A stretch of 64,000 nt of DNA. Source: Candidatus Methanomethylophilaceae archaeon (lineage in GTDB: Archaea; Thermoplasmatota; Thermoplasmata; Methanomassiliicoccales; Methanomethylophilaceae). Position numbers and translations under genes: made by a program. The stretch covers positions 832,001 through 896,000 of the forward strand of contig JBMNHS010000001.1 in NCBI GenBank assembly GCA_050950505.1, read 5' to 3'. Each line of letters starts with the position of its first letter. The stretch's first letter is position 1. Under the pieces are notes generated by a model, which saw only the letters and a program-made list of their open reading frames with translations, did no database searches and was not told where the DNA came from. Positions 49,305-59,823 of this stretch are shown in pieces.

Positions 49305-50480
49305 TCACTTCTTGCGCTGGCGGAATTTTACCTTGGTGTCCTTGAGATTCATCACGGAATCCGAGACTCTCTTCATGAGGCTCGAAGTGGTCATGACGAG
49401 ATCCCAACCGGTTTCCTTGTAACTCATAACTTTGCCCTTGAAGTACAATCTGGCGGTTATGCTGTACTTGAACCGTCCGCCGGTATCGTTGTATCGGGAC
49501 ACGTGAAGCATGAGACTTTCCGGAACGTAGACTTTGCTGATTTTGTTTATCTGTTCCTGGATGACGTCGTACATGGCGCCTCTGAGGTTCTTGTCCTGAT
49601 CCCTGAGTCCGCTGATCTGTATGAACATCATCTCTCTTTCCCTGCAGGCGGAGATGACTTCGATTATGTCGTACTGGGTAAGTATACCCACGAGCTTTCC
49701 TCCTTCCACAACGGGCAGAGTCGAAATGTCTTCCTTCACCATGATTCCGGCCGCTTTCTGAACGGTGTCGTCCCAGTTTATGACCGTGGGGGAATGAACA
49801 TAAACGGACTTGAGGGTCACGTCGGCCCTTGTCTTCTTTTCGAAGTCGCCGATAATCTTGGTATCATCCTTCCAGATGAGGTCGATGACCTCTTTCATGC
49901 CTATGACGCCCACAACGTCGTCTTCATCGTTGACCACGGGTATGGTCAAAGTATCCAATTCGGTCATGATGTCGTAAGCATCGGACAGCATGCCGTCGGA
50001 AGCGACTCTCTTGACGGGATTCGTCATGAGTTCCCATACTTTGATTTCGCTGAGGGCCTTCAATTCCGATGCGATGCCGACCAGAGTATTTCTGGAAACG
50101 AGGCCGACAACCTTTTTTCCGTCCATCACGGGAAGCTGTCTGCAGTTGTTTGCAGTCATGGCTTCGGCAATCACGGTTATTTCATCCGAAGTACTCAGAA
50201 TCGGAACTCCTTCAATCAGGTTCTTCACCTTGTTATCCATATTCGCGCTCTTTTTCTTAAGAACGGATGTGTAGCTCACAACTCCCAAATAATTCCCGTC
50301 TTCCAAAACAGGGATTTCTTGGTAGTTGCTCTTTTTCATGACCTGCAGAACGTCGGACAAACGGTCCTCGGGGCTTACGGTCGGAAAATCGGTGTCCATT
50401 ACCTCTTCGACGGGATTAGCGTCGATCTGGGCTCTGAGCATGGATAACCTTCTCGGATCCTCTAGATCTTTCAATACCAT
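49305..50480 (-). CDS. Four-CBS protein with C-terminal HPF/RaiA-like domain
   Basis: Two CBS pairs, then FIQISG...YSITARL...ETGWDL. Confidence 0.75.
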   Translation of the reverse strand: MVLKDLEDPRRLSMLRAQIDANPVEEVMDTDFPTVSPEDRLSDVLQVMKKSNYQEIPVLEDGNYLGVVSYTSVLKKKSANMDNKVKNLIEGVPILSTSDEITVIAEAMTANNCRQLPVMDGKKVVGLVSRNTLVGIASELKALSEIKVWELMTNPVKRVASDGMLSDAYDIMTELDTLTIPVVNDEDDVVGVIGMKEVIDLIWKDDTKIIGDFEKKTRADVTLKSVYVHSPTVINWDDTVQKAAGIMVKEDISTLPVVEGGKLVGILTQYDIIEVISACREREMMFIQISGLRDQDKNLRGAMYDVIQEQINKISKVYVPESLMLHVSRYNDTGGRFKYSITARLYFKGKVMSYKETGWDLVMTTSSLMKRVSDSVMNLKDTKVKFRQRKK

Positions 50481-50559
50481 TGATTAATCCTCAGTGATAT
50501 ATCGTGTTCAATATCTTTATAATTTGGTTCCGAGGGGCCAGTGGCGCCCTCGGATTGAT

Positions 50560-52269
50560 TTAAAGCGTTGAGAATTCCCTTCCGCCAATCAGCTGGCGGA
50601 GGATGTCGGCGACTTTGTCAGCAGGTATGCGTTTCTGATCGCCGGTATCCCTCTCTCTGATGGTGACGGTTCCTTTGTCGGGACCTTTCAGGGATTCGTA
50701 ATCCACGGTGATGCACCAAGGTGTGCCGATTTCGTCGATTCTTGCGTAACGTCTTCCGATGGTGCCCGAATCGTCATAGAATGCGGGAAGATCGGAGGAG
50801 TGAACTTCAGAGTATATTTTCTTGGCAAGATCGTCAAGACCGTCTTTTCCCATAAGGGGGAAGATGCCGACTTTGACGGGGGCAACACCGGGAACGAGTC
50901 TGAGAACCGAATAGCCTCTCTTTTCGTCTTCGAAATAGGCGTGTTCCAACACGGAGTAGAATATTCTGTCCAAACCGTAGGAAGGCTCTATCACGTGGGG
51001 TATCACGCGTTTTCCGTTCACTTTTTCGGTCACTTCCCTGACTTCGAAGAATTCGTCGGTAAGCACGGTTTCCTCACCCTCGATGTTAAGAATGATTTTT
51101 CCGTCTTTCACGTCTTCTTCGTTTTTGGATTCGAGGGCGGCGGCGATGATTTTCGCCTTGTCTTTGAAGGCCGGACCGAGCTTTTTGTGGTTCGCGACGA
51201 CTTTGTTGAAAGTCATTTCCTTGGGCTCGTCGAACATTTCGAAATGGGAAAGATCCTCACCGGAGAACTGTGAATGTCTGGACAGATCCCAGCATCCTCT
51301 GTCGGCAATGCCGGTGACTTCGGTCCATCCGTAGGACAGCAGCACTTCGGCATCCCAGCAGTCTTCGGCATAGTGAGCCTTTTCGTCCTCCAGATGCTGC
51401 CTGAATCTCAGCTTGTCCGTATTGATTCCCAATCTTTCCAAAAGCTGTTTAGTGGTGTATATGAAATAAGCCAGTACGGGATTTGCGATGATTCCTCCGT
51501 CAACGGCTTCTCCGACGGTCATTTCGACCGTCTTGTCGGAGTCGTTGGGCAGAAGAGTAAGTTTTCCGTCTTTGATTTCGGGATACCTCGACCATCCTTT
51601 GTCTTCGGGACTGACGAACAATTCAACCTCCATCATGTTGAATTCCCTCATCCTGATCATTCCCTGACGGGGAGAAATCTCGTTTCTGTACCCTCTTCCG
51701 GTCTGAATGACCCCCAAGGGAAGTTTCTCGCGGTTGTATCTGTACAGGTTCGGGAAGTTTACGAAAATTCCCTGTGCGGTCTCCGGCCTTAAATATCCGA
51801 CTCTGGACGAACCGGGACCGATGGTGGTTTTGAACATAAGATTGAAGTCTTCAACCCTGCCCAGTCCGCCTCCGCATTCGGGACACCTGATGTCAAACTT
51901 TTCAAAAGCCTCTTCCAGGTCGGAAGGGCTCATGGTGTCCGGATTGTCACAGAAGTCCTTCACGAGATGATCGGCCCTGAAGGGAAGCTGACATTCGGAA
52001 CAGTTGGTCATGAGGTCGGAAAACTGTTCAACGTGTCCGGAGGCTTTGAAAACATCTTCGGGATTGACGGTTTCGGAATCTATCTCGACGAATCCTTCGC
52101 GTACTTTGTAGATGTCCCTCCAGGCTTCGAGAATGTTGTTTCTCATGACGCATCCGAGAGGGCCGTAGTCAAACATGCCGGCAACCCCCCCGTAAAGTTC
52201 GAAGGAAGGCCATATGTACCCTCTGCGTTTGCAGACGGCCATTAATTCAGTGCTGATGTCTTTACTCAT
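50560..52269 (-). CDS. glyS: Glycine--tRNA ligase (alpha2 type)
   Basis: DYGPLG, LRPETAQG, RNEISPR, VIEPSYG, anticodon-binding domain. Confidence 0.96.
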   Translation of the reverse strand: MSKDISTELMAVCKRRGYIWPSFELYGGVAGMFDYGPLGCVMRNNILEAWRDIYKVREGFVEIDSETVNPEDVFKASGHVEQFSDLMTNCSECQLPFRADHLVKDFCDNPDTMSPSDLEEAFEKFDIRCPECGGGLGRVEDFNLMFKTTIGPGSSRVGYLRPETAQGIFVNFPNLYRYNREKLPLGVIQTGRGYRNEISPRQGMIRMREFNMMEVELFVSPEDKGWSRYPEIKDGKLTLLPNDSDKTVEMTVGEAVDGGIIANPVLAYFIYTTKQLLERLGINTDKLRFRQHLEDEKAHYAEDCWDAEVLLSYGWTEVTGIADRGCWDLSRHSQFSGEDLSHFEMFDEPKEMTFNKVVANHKKLGPAFKDKAKIIAAALESKNEEDVKDGKIILNIEGEETVLTDEFFEVREVTEKVNGKRVIPHVIEPSYGLDRIFYSVLEHAYFEDEKRGYSVLRLVPGVAPVKVGIFPLMGKDGLDDLAKKIYSEVHSSDLPAFYDDSGTIGRRYARIDEIGTPWCITVDYESLKGPDKGTVTIRERDTGDQKRIPADKVADILRQLIGGREFSTL

Positions 52270-53107
52270 TTGAATTACCAATCAGCGCAATGAGTATGTC
52301 CACGTCGTAAAGCATTCCGATAAGTTCGTCTTTGGATCCTCTGACGGGTATCTGACCGAAGTCGTGCAGTTTCATGAGTTTGGCAACTTCCGATATGGAT
52401 GTTTTCTTGTACACCGTAATCGGATCCCTGATCATGAAGTCGCTGACGTCTTTGTCCTCGTTGAGATATTTGTCGGTGGCGGTGTAGAACAGCGGCAGGA
52501 CGTTTCTGTATCCGGCAAGAGTGGTATCTTCGATACCCAGGATTTTCATGGCTTCCGGATCCCCGGCCTGATCGCTGAAAAGGTCACGGTCGGTTATTAT
52601 TCCCACAAGGTTTCCGGTGGCGTCCAACACCGGCATGGCAGGGACGTCGCTGATTCTCATGGCGGGAACGGTGTAGGAAAGAGGTTCGTGTTCCCATGCG
52701 GTGACGCAGGTCGTCTGAATCGCCTCTTCGGCGGTTATTTTACTTTTCAAGGCCCTCACGTCATCCATCAAATCGGTGGGCGTGATGATTCCCACAAGTT
52801 TTCCGTCTTCGGTGACGGGGAGTCTGTGGAATCTTTTCCTGAAGAAAATTTCAGCCGCTTCACGGACGGTGGTGTCCACGTCGACGGACATGGGGTCCTT
52901 CCTCATTATGAGTGACAACTGGTCCTCCTCAAAGTTGTTGAATATGTCTTTTCTGGACACAACACCAACAAGTCTTCCGTCGGAACCGCGGATGACCGGA
53001 AGTCCCGTGAGGTCGTTTCTGACCATTATGTTGACAGCTTCGTTTCTTGTTCCCGGCACCTCTGCTACAATGGGTGCCAGTGTCATTATCTCGGATACTT
53101 TTTTCAT
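52262..53107 (-). CDS. CBS-domain protein (four repeats)
   Basis: Repeated LPV...LVGII motifs. Confidence 0.9.
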   Translation of the reverse strand: MKKVSEIMTLAPIVAEVPGTRNEAVNIMVRNDLTGLPVIRGSDGRLVGVVSRKDIFNNFEEDQLSLIMRKDPMSVDVDTTVREAAEIFFRKRFHRLPVTEDGKLVGIITPTDLMDDVRALKSKITAEEAIQTTCVTAWEHEPLSYTVPAMRISDVPAMPVLDATGNLVGIITDRDLFSDQAGDPEAMKILGIEDTTLAGYRNVLPLFYTATDKYLNEDKDVSDFMIRDPITVYKKTSISEVAKLMKLHDFGQIPVRGSKDELIGMLYDVDILIALIGNSNE

Positions 53108-53553
53108 TTAATATCAGCCTCGGGCGATCTAACTACCATTACCGGGCGTTTGGAAGCCTTGACAACTTTATCGGCAACGCTTCCCATAAGAAGTTTGGAC
53201 AGACCGGATCTTCCCAATGTACCCATGACTATAATGTCATGGTCTTCCGATTTTTCCAGAATAACTTTAATCGGAATGCCCTCGGCCAAATCCGGAATCA
53301 CTTCGACCCCGTATTCTTTTCCGAGTTCTTCCGCGAAGGAAAGGGCATCCTTTCCTTCACTTTCCAAGATTTCATAAACGTTCATGATGGCGGTATCCAT
53401 CGGAATGTTCCTGAATATCGTCTGATCGACCACATAGAGGGCGGTGACGACACCGTTGCTGAGTTTGGCGAGCTCCATGGCCGCTCTCATGGCGGCTTCT
53501 GTGTATTTGCTCCCGTCCGTCGGTACAAGAATCTTTTCGAAAACCATCATCAC
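53104..53553 (-). CDS. Universal stress protein
   Basis: [24 protein letters not shown]. Confidence 0.95.
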   Translation of the reverse strand: MMMVFEKILVPTDGSKYTEAAMRAAMELAKLSNGVVTALYVVDQTIFRNIPMDTAIMNVYEILESEGKDALSFAEELGKEYGVEVIPDLAEGIPIKVILEKSEDHDIIVMGTLGRSGLSKLLMGSVADKVVKASKRPVMVVRSPEADIK

Positions 53554-54587
53554 CTTCTCCTTGTCATATTGAAACGCATTATCCGTCCGTTGCTTCCCAG
53601 CATGCCTCTCACGCTTCCGTCATCCGACGGAAATATCGTAATGTCGGCATCAATTCCGGGGTGAAGCCCAATTCCCCTTTCATGATATAATATCTTTCTT
53701 CCGTTCGCAACCAAAGTATCCCAGATTCTTTCACCGGTTCCTCCTTGGGATTTCAGTACGGAAACATATTCCCTGGCTTCTTCCCTCAGGTCCGGAGAAC
53801 ACAGCATGGCGTTGTCCGTTCCGAGAATCGTTTCGTTGTTGCATTCTTCCATCAGGGCCAACGGAGGAGTCAGTCCGAAAAACCGGTTGGATCTGGGACA
53901 AACGACGATGGGCACATTCTCATCGGCGCATCTGACAAGGTCTTTTTTTGTGGCCGAAGCCATATGAACCACGAAGGAAGGAGACAAAGCCAGTATTCTG
54001 TCGATGTCTTCTCTTTTACCTTCGCTGGCGTGTATTGCGAACATTCTGCCTTTGCTTCTGACGTAATCGGCAACGGACTCTATGTACGCATAGGGCATAT
54101 CGCCGATTCCGGACAGCCCGATTCCGTCTGCGGTTTCCAGAATCCCGTCGATCTCATTCGGATCGAACATATCGGAAACCGGACGTCCCATAATGAACGC
54201 TCCGGGAACGGTTTCTCTCAGAAGTCTGCAGCCTTCCGCACCCCCTTCCCTGAAATCGATGAAGGTGCCGATGCCGTTGGTATGGGAAATTTCTGAATAT
54301 CTTCTCATGTTTTCCGAAAGCGTCTCTTTGGATGCTTTTGAAAGATAATCGTGTTTCAGACCTCCGGGACCCACAAGTCCGTCAAGATTCATGTTGTTCG
54401 GAATTTTGACGCCGCAATCGGCACAGTGACTGTGTCCGTTCACGAGAGGGGGCATGACGATTCCTTCAGAAGTCGGAGTTTCAGGACACGGGCCTTCCCG
54501 GATTTCCCTGACCGAGCCGTTTTCAATCAAAACATACCCGTAAACCGGACCATCGGATGTAATCACGGTTCCACTGAAACACTCCAT
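53550..54587 (-). CDS. Amidohydrolase-family protein
   Basis: NGHSH, DFREGG, IHASE, LGTDN. Confidence 0.88.
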   Translation of the reverse strand: MECFSGTVITSDGPVYGYVLIENGSVREIREGPCPETPTSEGIVMPPLVNGHSHCADCGVKIPNNMNLDGLVGPGGLKHDYLSKASKETLSENMRRYSEISHTNGIGTFIDFREGGAEGCRLLRETVPGAFIMGRPVSDMFDPNEIDGILETADGIGLSGIGDMPYAYIESVADYVRSKGRMFAIHASEGKREDIDRILALSPSFVVHMASATKKDLVRCADENVPIVVCPRSNRFFGLTPPLALMEECNNETILGTDNAMLCSPDLREEAREYVSVLKSQGGTGERIWDTLVANGRKILYHERGIGLHPGIDADITIFPSDDGSVRGMLGSNGRIMRFNMTRRR

Positions 54588-54673
54588 GGCACGGGATTAC
54601 CTTCCTGTCCTATTTCTTTTCGGTACAAAGGTACAAATATTCTCTTTTTCTTAATCAGAACGGAGAAAATCTT

Positions 54674-54841
54674 ATGCCTCAAGTCATAAAAGAAAAATGC
54701 ACTGCCTGCGGCGCATGCGCGGACATTTGTCCCCAGGACGCCATCGTAATCGAAGACGTTGCCGTTATCGACAACGACGCCTGTGTCGAATGCGGAGCCT
54801 GCATCGACGAGTGTCCCCAGGACGCAATAGTCGAAGAATGA
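54674..54841 (+). CDS. 2[4Fe-4S] ferredoxin (55 aa, absent from ORF track)
   Basis: Manual translation: CTACGACADICP and CVECGACIDECP. Confidence 0.95.
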   Translation: MPQVIKEKCTACGACADICPQDAIVIEDVAVIDNDACVECGACIDECPQDAIVEE

Positions 54842-54882
54842 AATCAATTACCGGCTGAAAAGCCGGGTCATATTTTTCCGTT

Positions 54883-55818
54883 TCACGCCCAGTAAGGCTT
54901 TTTGGAGAATTTGTAAGCCATCTGAACGGCGTTGGCCGCTTCACCGCAGGCCGTTATTATCTGCTTGTATTTGCCGGGATAGTCTACAACGTCCCCGCAG
55001 GCGAATATTCCGGTTCTGTTGGTGGACATGTCGAGATCGACCTTCACAAGTCCGCCGTCGGTAAGTTCCAATCCCCATTTGGTCAATATGCCCAAATCGG
55101 CGGTGATTCCTATGTTGATCACTGCAAGATCGGTTGGGATGTCGAACCTGCGTCCGCCCTGTTCCACAGTGACCGATTCAAGTTTGTCGGTGCCGTTGAA
55201 AGAAATCGGAGTGGCGTCCATGACTTTCTGGATGTTGCTCTGTTCCAAAGAAGTGACGTTCATTTCATCGGCTCGGAATTCGGGTCTTCTGTGAACGATG
55301 GTTGTGTCGGTGACGGAATCTGCGATCAAAGCCATTTCTATGGCACTGTTTCCGCCGCCGAACATGGTGACTTTCTGTCCGACCAGTTTTTCCTTCACGG
55401 GCAAAAGATATTCAACGCCCTTTCCGGCGAATTCGTCTTCTCCGGGAATGTCCATTTTTCTGGGGTTGAATTCGCCCATGCCTATGGCCACGACGACCGA
55501 GAGCGTCCTGTATTCCCCTTTGTCGGTGACGATTATAATTTCCTCATGGCCGTCGTTGATTTCCAGAACTTTCTCGAATTCTTTGATGTCACAGCCCATG
55601 TTTTCTGCCTGGGCGTAGAAGCGGTCGGACAGTTTTCTGGCCTGAACAAGCTCAAATCCGGGGAAATTCTGCACCCCTTTTTCAGGATACAGGCCGACAA
55701 GCTGTCCGCCCACCCGCCCGGAGTCGATCATCAAAGTTTTCATCAATTTCGATCTGGCGTAAATCCCTGCGGTAAGCCCTGCGGGACCGGCACCGATGAT
55801 GACTATATCGTATATCAT
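54883..55818 (-). CDS. Thioredoxin-reductase-fold flavoprotein without CxxC (ferredoxin--NADP+ reductase-like)
   Basis: GAGPAG, GGQLVGLYPEK, GGGNSA, HRR, GD; GVEYLL where TrxR has CxxC. Confidence 0.8.
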   Translation of the reverse strand: MIYDIVIIGAGPAGLTAGIYARSKLMKTLMIDSGRVGGQLVGLYPEKGVQNFPGFELVQARKLSDRFYAQAENMGCDIKEFEKVLEINDGHEEIIIVTDKGEYRTLSVVVAIGMGEFNPRKMDIPGEDEFAGKGVEYLLPVKEKLVGQKVTMFGGGNSAIEMALIADSVTDTTIVHRRPEFRADEMNVTSLEQSNIQKVMDATPISFNGTDKLESVTVEQGGRRFDIPTDLAVINIGITADLGILTKWGLELTDGGLVKVDLDMSTNRTGIFACGDVVDYPGKYKQIITACGEAANAVQMAYKFSKKPYWA

Positions 55819-56023
55819 CCAGTCGGGAGATATTGTGTCCATATAAAAAAATGACTGAAACAAGAGTCGGATTTCTTCGAAAATCGTAAAACAATTACCG
55901 TTTACGTCAAAAAATACAAGATTTTTACCAAACGGTGAACAGTAATCTGCTCATTGCGTAATCAATGTGTCATTCGGTTGAATTTAATAGTCGCTTCGCA
56001 ATATCCGAGCGGAGGTAAAAAAA

Positions 56024-56380
56024 TTGGATTCACTCGGATTTGCCGACGTTCTTTTGAACATGATTCTGGATGAAATTGATGATTTGATCATAATACATGA
56101 TTCATCCCACAATGTCGTATGGATGAACCGTGCCGCTCTGAAAGCTTTTGACAAGACCGGAGACGAAGTCATAGGCAGCAAGTGCTACAGGCTGTTGGGC
56201 CATTCCACCTGCTGTATGGACTGCAACACCCTGACGGGAGGCCCGACCCCCGTCCGCCGCAAGGATCCCAAAATCCTGCCCGGAACCGGAAAGGAATACG
56301 AATGCACAACGGTGCCGTATTACGAGAAGGGGGAGCTTCAACTGGTAGTCCAGCATTTGAGGCCGGTTGCAAACCCATAA
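56024..56380 (+). CDS. Stand-alone PAS-domain protein with Cys cluster
   Basis: VWMNRAA...EVIGSKCYRLLGHSTCCMDC. Confidence 0.75.
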   Translation: MDSLGFADVLLNMILDEIDDLIIIHDSSHNVVWMNRAALKAFDKTGDEVIGSKCYRLLGHSTCCMDCNTLTGGPTPVRRKDPKILPGTGKEYECTTVPYYEKGELQLVVQHLRPVANP

Positions 56381-56405
56381 ATAGGATTTTCACATTGGTG
56401 GATTC

Positions 56406-56504
56406 ATGAATTTCCTGATTTATTTCGGACCGATTATCGTCGTGTCGGCAAGTTATCTGTTCATTCTGATGGCTTACGACAGACTCAGTAAGAAAAAGGC
56501 CTGA
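56406..56504 (+). CDS. Putative 32-aa single-pass membrane microprotein
   Basis: MNFLIYFGPIIVVSASYLFILMAYDRLSKKKA; GGTGGA RBS. Confidence 0.55.
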   Translation: MNFLIYFGPIIVVSASYLFILMAYDRLSKKKA

Positions 56505-56621
56505 TTGCAATTCATTTTTGACGATGGCCGGAAGGTCATATTCAATATCATACAGGAGTAACACCGAGGTAACTTCTTAAATGATATACTTTTGTTACCA
56601 TCTTGTATCCGGAGGATTAAA

Positions 56622-57020
56622 ATGGTAAAAATTCCGAAAGAAGTATCAGAACTTCTGGGTCAGAAAGAAACCGTAAAAATTCTTGTTACGGCAGACAGTA
56701 AGGGACAACCTCACGGAATTGTCTGCGGAAGCATCGGCATAATCGGCGAAGACACTCTGAGTGTCGGCGAAATCTTCATGAAGAGATCTTCCAAGAATAT
56801 GAACGAAAACAAGAAAGTCGCCATTCTCGCGGCCAACGGACCCAAAGCTTACGAAGTACAGGCCACTGTGCTCGGAAGGGAAGACTCAGGGGCGAATCTT
56901 GACGGCCTCAACAAAGCGTTGTCGGCGGCAAATCTGAAAGCCAATGCAGTCTGGAAGTTCAAAGCGGAAGCGGTTTACGACGAAGGCGCCGGACCCAACT
57001 GCGGAAAGAAAATCGCCTGA
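56622..57020 (+). CDS. Pyridoxamine-5'-phosphate oxidase-like FMN-binding protein
   Basis: LVTADSKGQPH, NMNENKKV, GAGPNCGKKI; GGAGG RBS. Confidence 0.85.
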   Translation: MVKIPKEVSELLGQKETVKILVTADSKGQPHGIVCGSIGIIGEDTLSVGEIFMKRSSKNMNENKKVAILAANGPKAYEVQATVLGREDSGANLDGLNKALSAANLKANAVWKFKAEAVYDEGAGPNCGKKIA

Positions 57021-57122
57021 TTGCGGATTCCGCGGAATTCCGACAAACCCCTTAACAATCCATAATTTATTTTCATGATCTTCTGCAAGCAAATTAAATA
57101 TCATCTTTCTGTTCAATAATCC

Positions 57123-57353
57123 GTGGAAATCAAAAAGACAGTGTCGAACGCCCGCAGATCTTTCTTTCTTTTCGCTGCTTTGGCCTTCATAGGATTGGGG
57201 ATATACTCAATGGGATACAAAGTGCCCGGAGTCGCAGTTCTGGCTGTAGGAATCGGCGGGTTCATGATATCCATGTCCATAATCAAATTCTCCTTCAGGG
57301 TCCAAAGTTCAATCGAAGCCAAGGAAAGAAGGCAAAAAGCAAAACGTAAGTGA
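57123..57353 (+). CDS. Small two-TM membrane protein
   Basis: Two hydrophobic segments and a basic tail. Confidence 0.6.
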   Translation: MEIKKTVSNARRSFFLFAALAFIGLGIYSMGYKVPGVAVLAVGIGGFMISMSIIKFSFRVQSSIEAKERRQKAKRK

Positions 57354-57395
57354 TTACGTAAAAGGTTTCAACAGGTTCCGGATTCTTTTAAGAAT

Positions 57396-57602
57396 TCAGT
57401 ATCTGTAACGTCCGCCGCCGCCGCCGCGCCTCTCAGGGGGGCGGTGTTTCTGGAAGCAATCCCTGCAATAAACGGGTCTTCCGTCAGTCGGTTTGAACGG
57501 TACCTGACAACCTTCGCCGCAGTCTGAACAGACGGTATCGAACATCTCGCGAGGCTCGTTCCTGTCTCTATAGTTCCTGTTTCTGTTTTCTCCGTAGGCC
57601 AT
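57396..57602 (-). CDS. CxxC-x17-CxxC domain protein
   Basis: CSDCG...VPFKP..GRPVYCRDCF; RG-rich tail; GGAG RBS. Confidence 0.9.
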   Translation of the reverse strand: MAYGENRNRNYRDRNEPREMFDTVCSDCGEGCQVPFKPTDGRPVYCRDCFQKHRPPERRGGGGGRYRY

Positions 57603-57726
57603 ATTTATTTCTCCTATCTGCTCGGCCCCAATACTACTTCCTAACTCTTTCCCTACAGCGTACAGGGAGCTATATCAGAACGCCAGTGTTTGCATCGTGG
57701 TATTGATTATAAATCTTTGCATGCGG

Positions 57727-58521
57727 TCAGCAATCCGTACAGGACCACATTCCGTTGTAATACGTCATATTCTTTCCGCATTTGGGGCATCTGTGCGCGA
57801 CATCGGAGGTTTTTACGGTTTTGCCGTCCAAGTCGTCAGTGGCCCAACGGATGAGATCAGACAGCCTGTCCGCCCTTTCCGTTTCAACCGCACCGTAATG
57901 TTCCAGATTGTCGGATTCATTGTAAAGGCGGATGTTCATTTTGTTCAATGCGGAAGCGATGTTGTTTCTGACTTTGGTCGAAATGATTTTTTCCGGGTGG
58001 ATGTTTTCTCTGTATCTTACGTCGAGATACTCGATCGACCTGCCGAGAAAGCTATCGAAGGCATCCTCGTTCGGACGCACAGGAAGCGAAAGAATCAACT
58101 CTCTGCGAAGTTCCAGTTCCGGATTTCTGTCTATTATCCGTGAAAGGGTTCTGTGCAATTCGTTTCTCATGGTTCCTTTGACCAGTCCGTAGGATTTTCG
58201 GATCGTGTCAATGTCCTCGATCCGACCGACGGAACCAAGTAAGCCAGCCGCTTTGGAAAATTCATCGCCCGTCCGATACCTTATGGTATTGAGAAGCTCA
58301 GGAATCCTTTCTTCGGCATCGGTGAAAGCAGAAAGATATCCGATGCAGGCGCCGCGGACCCGTTCGGTGTCCGTGATGCCCATTTCACGTATGGTATCGG
58401 CGACCGATGGCTCTTTCACATCAGTGAACAGCATTATGGTTTCGGCCCTGACTCTTTCGTCGTCGTAAGAAAGATAACGTTCGAGAATCGGAGCATACTC
58501 AGGACCTGTAATTGACGACAA
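57727..58521 (-). CDS. HEAT-repeat protein with C-terminal Zn ribbon
   Basis: ERVRA/ERVRG repeats; CPKCG...WSCTDC; TTG after AGGTG chosen as start. Confidence 0.65.
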   Translation of the reverse strand: MSSITGPEYAPILERYLSYDDERVRAETIMLFTDVKEPSVADTIREMGITDTERVRGACIGYLSAFTDAEERIPELLNTIRYRTGDEFSKAAGLLGSVGRIEDIDTIRKSYGLVKGTMRNELHRTLSRIIDRNPELELRRELILSLPVRPNEDAFDSFLGRSIEYLDVRYRENIHPEKIISTKVRNNIASALNKMNIRLYNESDNLEHYGAVETERADRLSDLIRWATDDLDGKTVKTSDVAHRCPKCGKNMTYYNGMWSCTDC

Positions 58522-58635
58522 GCCACCTGTCTGCCGACACGCCGCCCGGCCTCCCCGTTTCGATGCGGTCGATTCCGCCGATGTACCGTTCAAGATAACC
58601 GGCTTTGCCGGATGATGAACTTCTGCTGCTGGGAC

Positions 58636-58863
58636 TCACTCGAGGTCTTCCCTTGTCTCCAAGGCCATCCTCAACATTGCGGCCTCTTCTTTGGTAAAGG
58701 TCACCCCTTTGCCCATTTTGCTTCGATCGGGGGACCACTCCCTTATGTCGTACTTAGGTTCGTTTTCGTTCCAGCTGACTATGTTCAATTGTTTGGTCCA
58801 GCCCTTCTGGGATTCCGACAGGACGGCAATTTCTTCAATTATTTCATATTTGAAATCGGACAT
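58636..58863 (-). CDS. YdbC/PC4-like ssDNA-binding protein
   Basis: GWTKQLNIVSWN...YDIREW...MGKGVT. Confidence 0.9.
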   Translation of the reverse strand: MSDFKYEIIEEIAVLSESQKGWTKQLNIVSWNENEPKYDIREWSPDRSKMGKGVTFTKEEAAMLRMALETREDLE

Positions 58864-59040
58864 GTTTTCACTTGAGTGTGGATATTATTTATAATATAAA
58901 TACAGTGGCAGATAATATTTTGAAAATCAAAGAAAAATGATATCGACTGACCCAGTACAATTATATCTGGACAGAATCTACGTCATTTCTATAATCTTTT
59001 TTCGAATATGTTATATAATAGTTACCACTGTTTATGATAC

Positions 59041-59652
59041 ATGTCATTCTTTGATAACCCCAAAAATTTTGGACTGGCAGCAATCGTAATAGGTGCTGTG
59101 AGTATGTTAGCGGGAATTGTTGGCATTGTAAAGGGGGTACTCGCGGATCCCATCGCGACAGGTATTGTCGTGGCGGCCGTTGGTACTATCCTGTACGGTG
59201 TCCTGATTCTCGGTGTAGGTTTGCCCGTTTACAAGGGCGAGGAATCCGATAAACTCACCATTCTCGGAATGTTCGTGAGGTTCGTCGGTCTTGCGACGAT
59301 AGTCGTCGGAGTTTTCACCGGTGCAGGTCAGATTATCGATGATAGTCTTGCCGTGGGTGTAACGACGATTGTTATCCAGGCTGTCCTCGGTTTGGTCCTT
59401 ATTTGGATTGCCGGAAGAATTGTTGACGGTTCCGTCGACACACTGGACAGAATCGTTTGGATAATCCTTTTGGTTGTCTTCGCAATTCTTACCGTATTCG
59501 CTCTGGTGGGCATTTTCATCCCGTTCTTCGCAGAACTTGCCGTTCTCGATCTCTTGGTCGAAGTGGTGCTCAGCCTCTGTCAGTTCATCCTGTACGCCTT
59601 CCTCTTGGTCTCCGTTCTTTCGAACGAAGTCAAGTCGGCAATGGGAATGTAA
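59041..59652 (+). CDS. Hypothetical multi-pass membrane protein
   Basis: About 6 hydrophobic segments. Confidence 0.75.
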   Translation: MSFFDNPKNFGLAAIVIGAVSMLAGIVGIVKGVLADPIATGIVVAAVGTILYGVLILGVGLPVYKGEESDKLTILGMFVRFVGLATIVVGVFTGAGQIIDDSLAVGVTTIVIQAVLGLVLIWIAGRIVDGSVDTLDRIVWIILLVVFAILTVFALVGIFIPFFAELAVLDLLVEVVLSLCQFILYAFLLVSVLSNEVKSAMGM

Positions 59653-59823
59653 GTTCACAGAGCCGGAGAAGAATCAAAACCCCTTACCTTACTTTTTATC
59701 ATTGAAAAAACAACTGATTTTCGACAATACTTAAATACCTATAATTTTTAATAACGACGTCGATTGAAAGACAGGATTTACAGAAGTGTCCAATTACATT
59801 ATGGGACTGACGAGTTGATCTGA

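Noticed and set aside
56568-56599. GGTAAC-N20-GTTACC as a NikR site
   Set aside because: Single occurrence; spacing and arms differ from the NikR operators I know.
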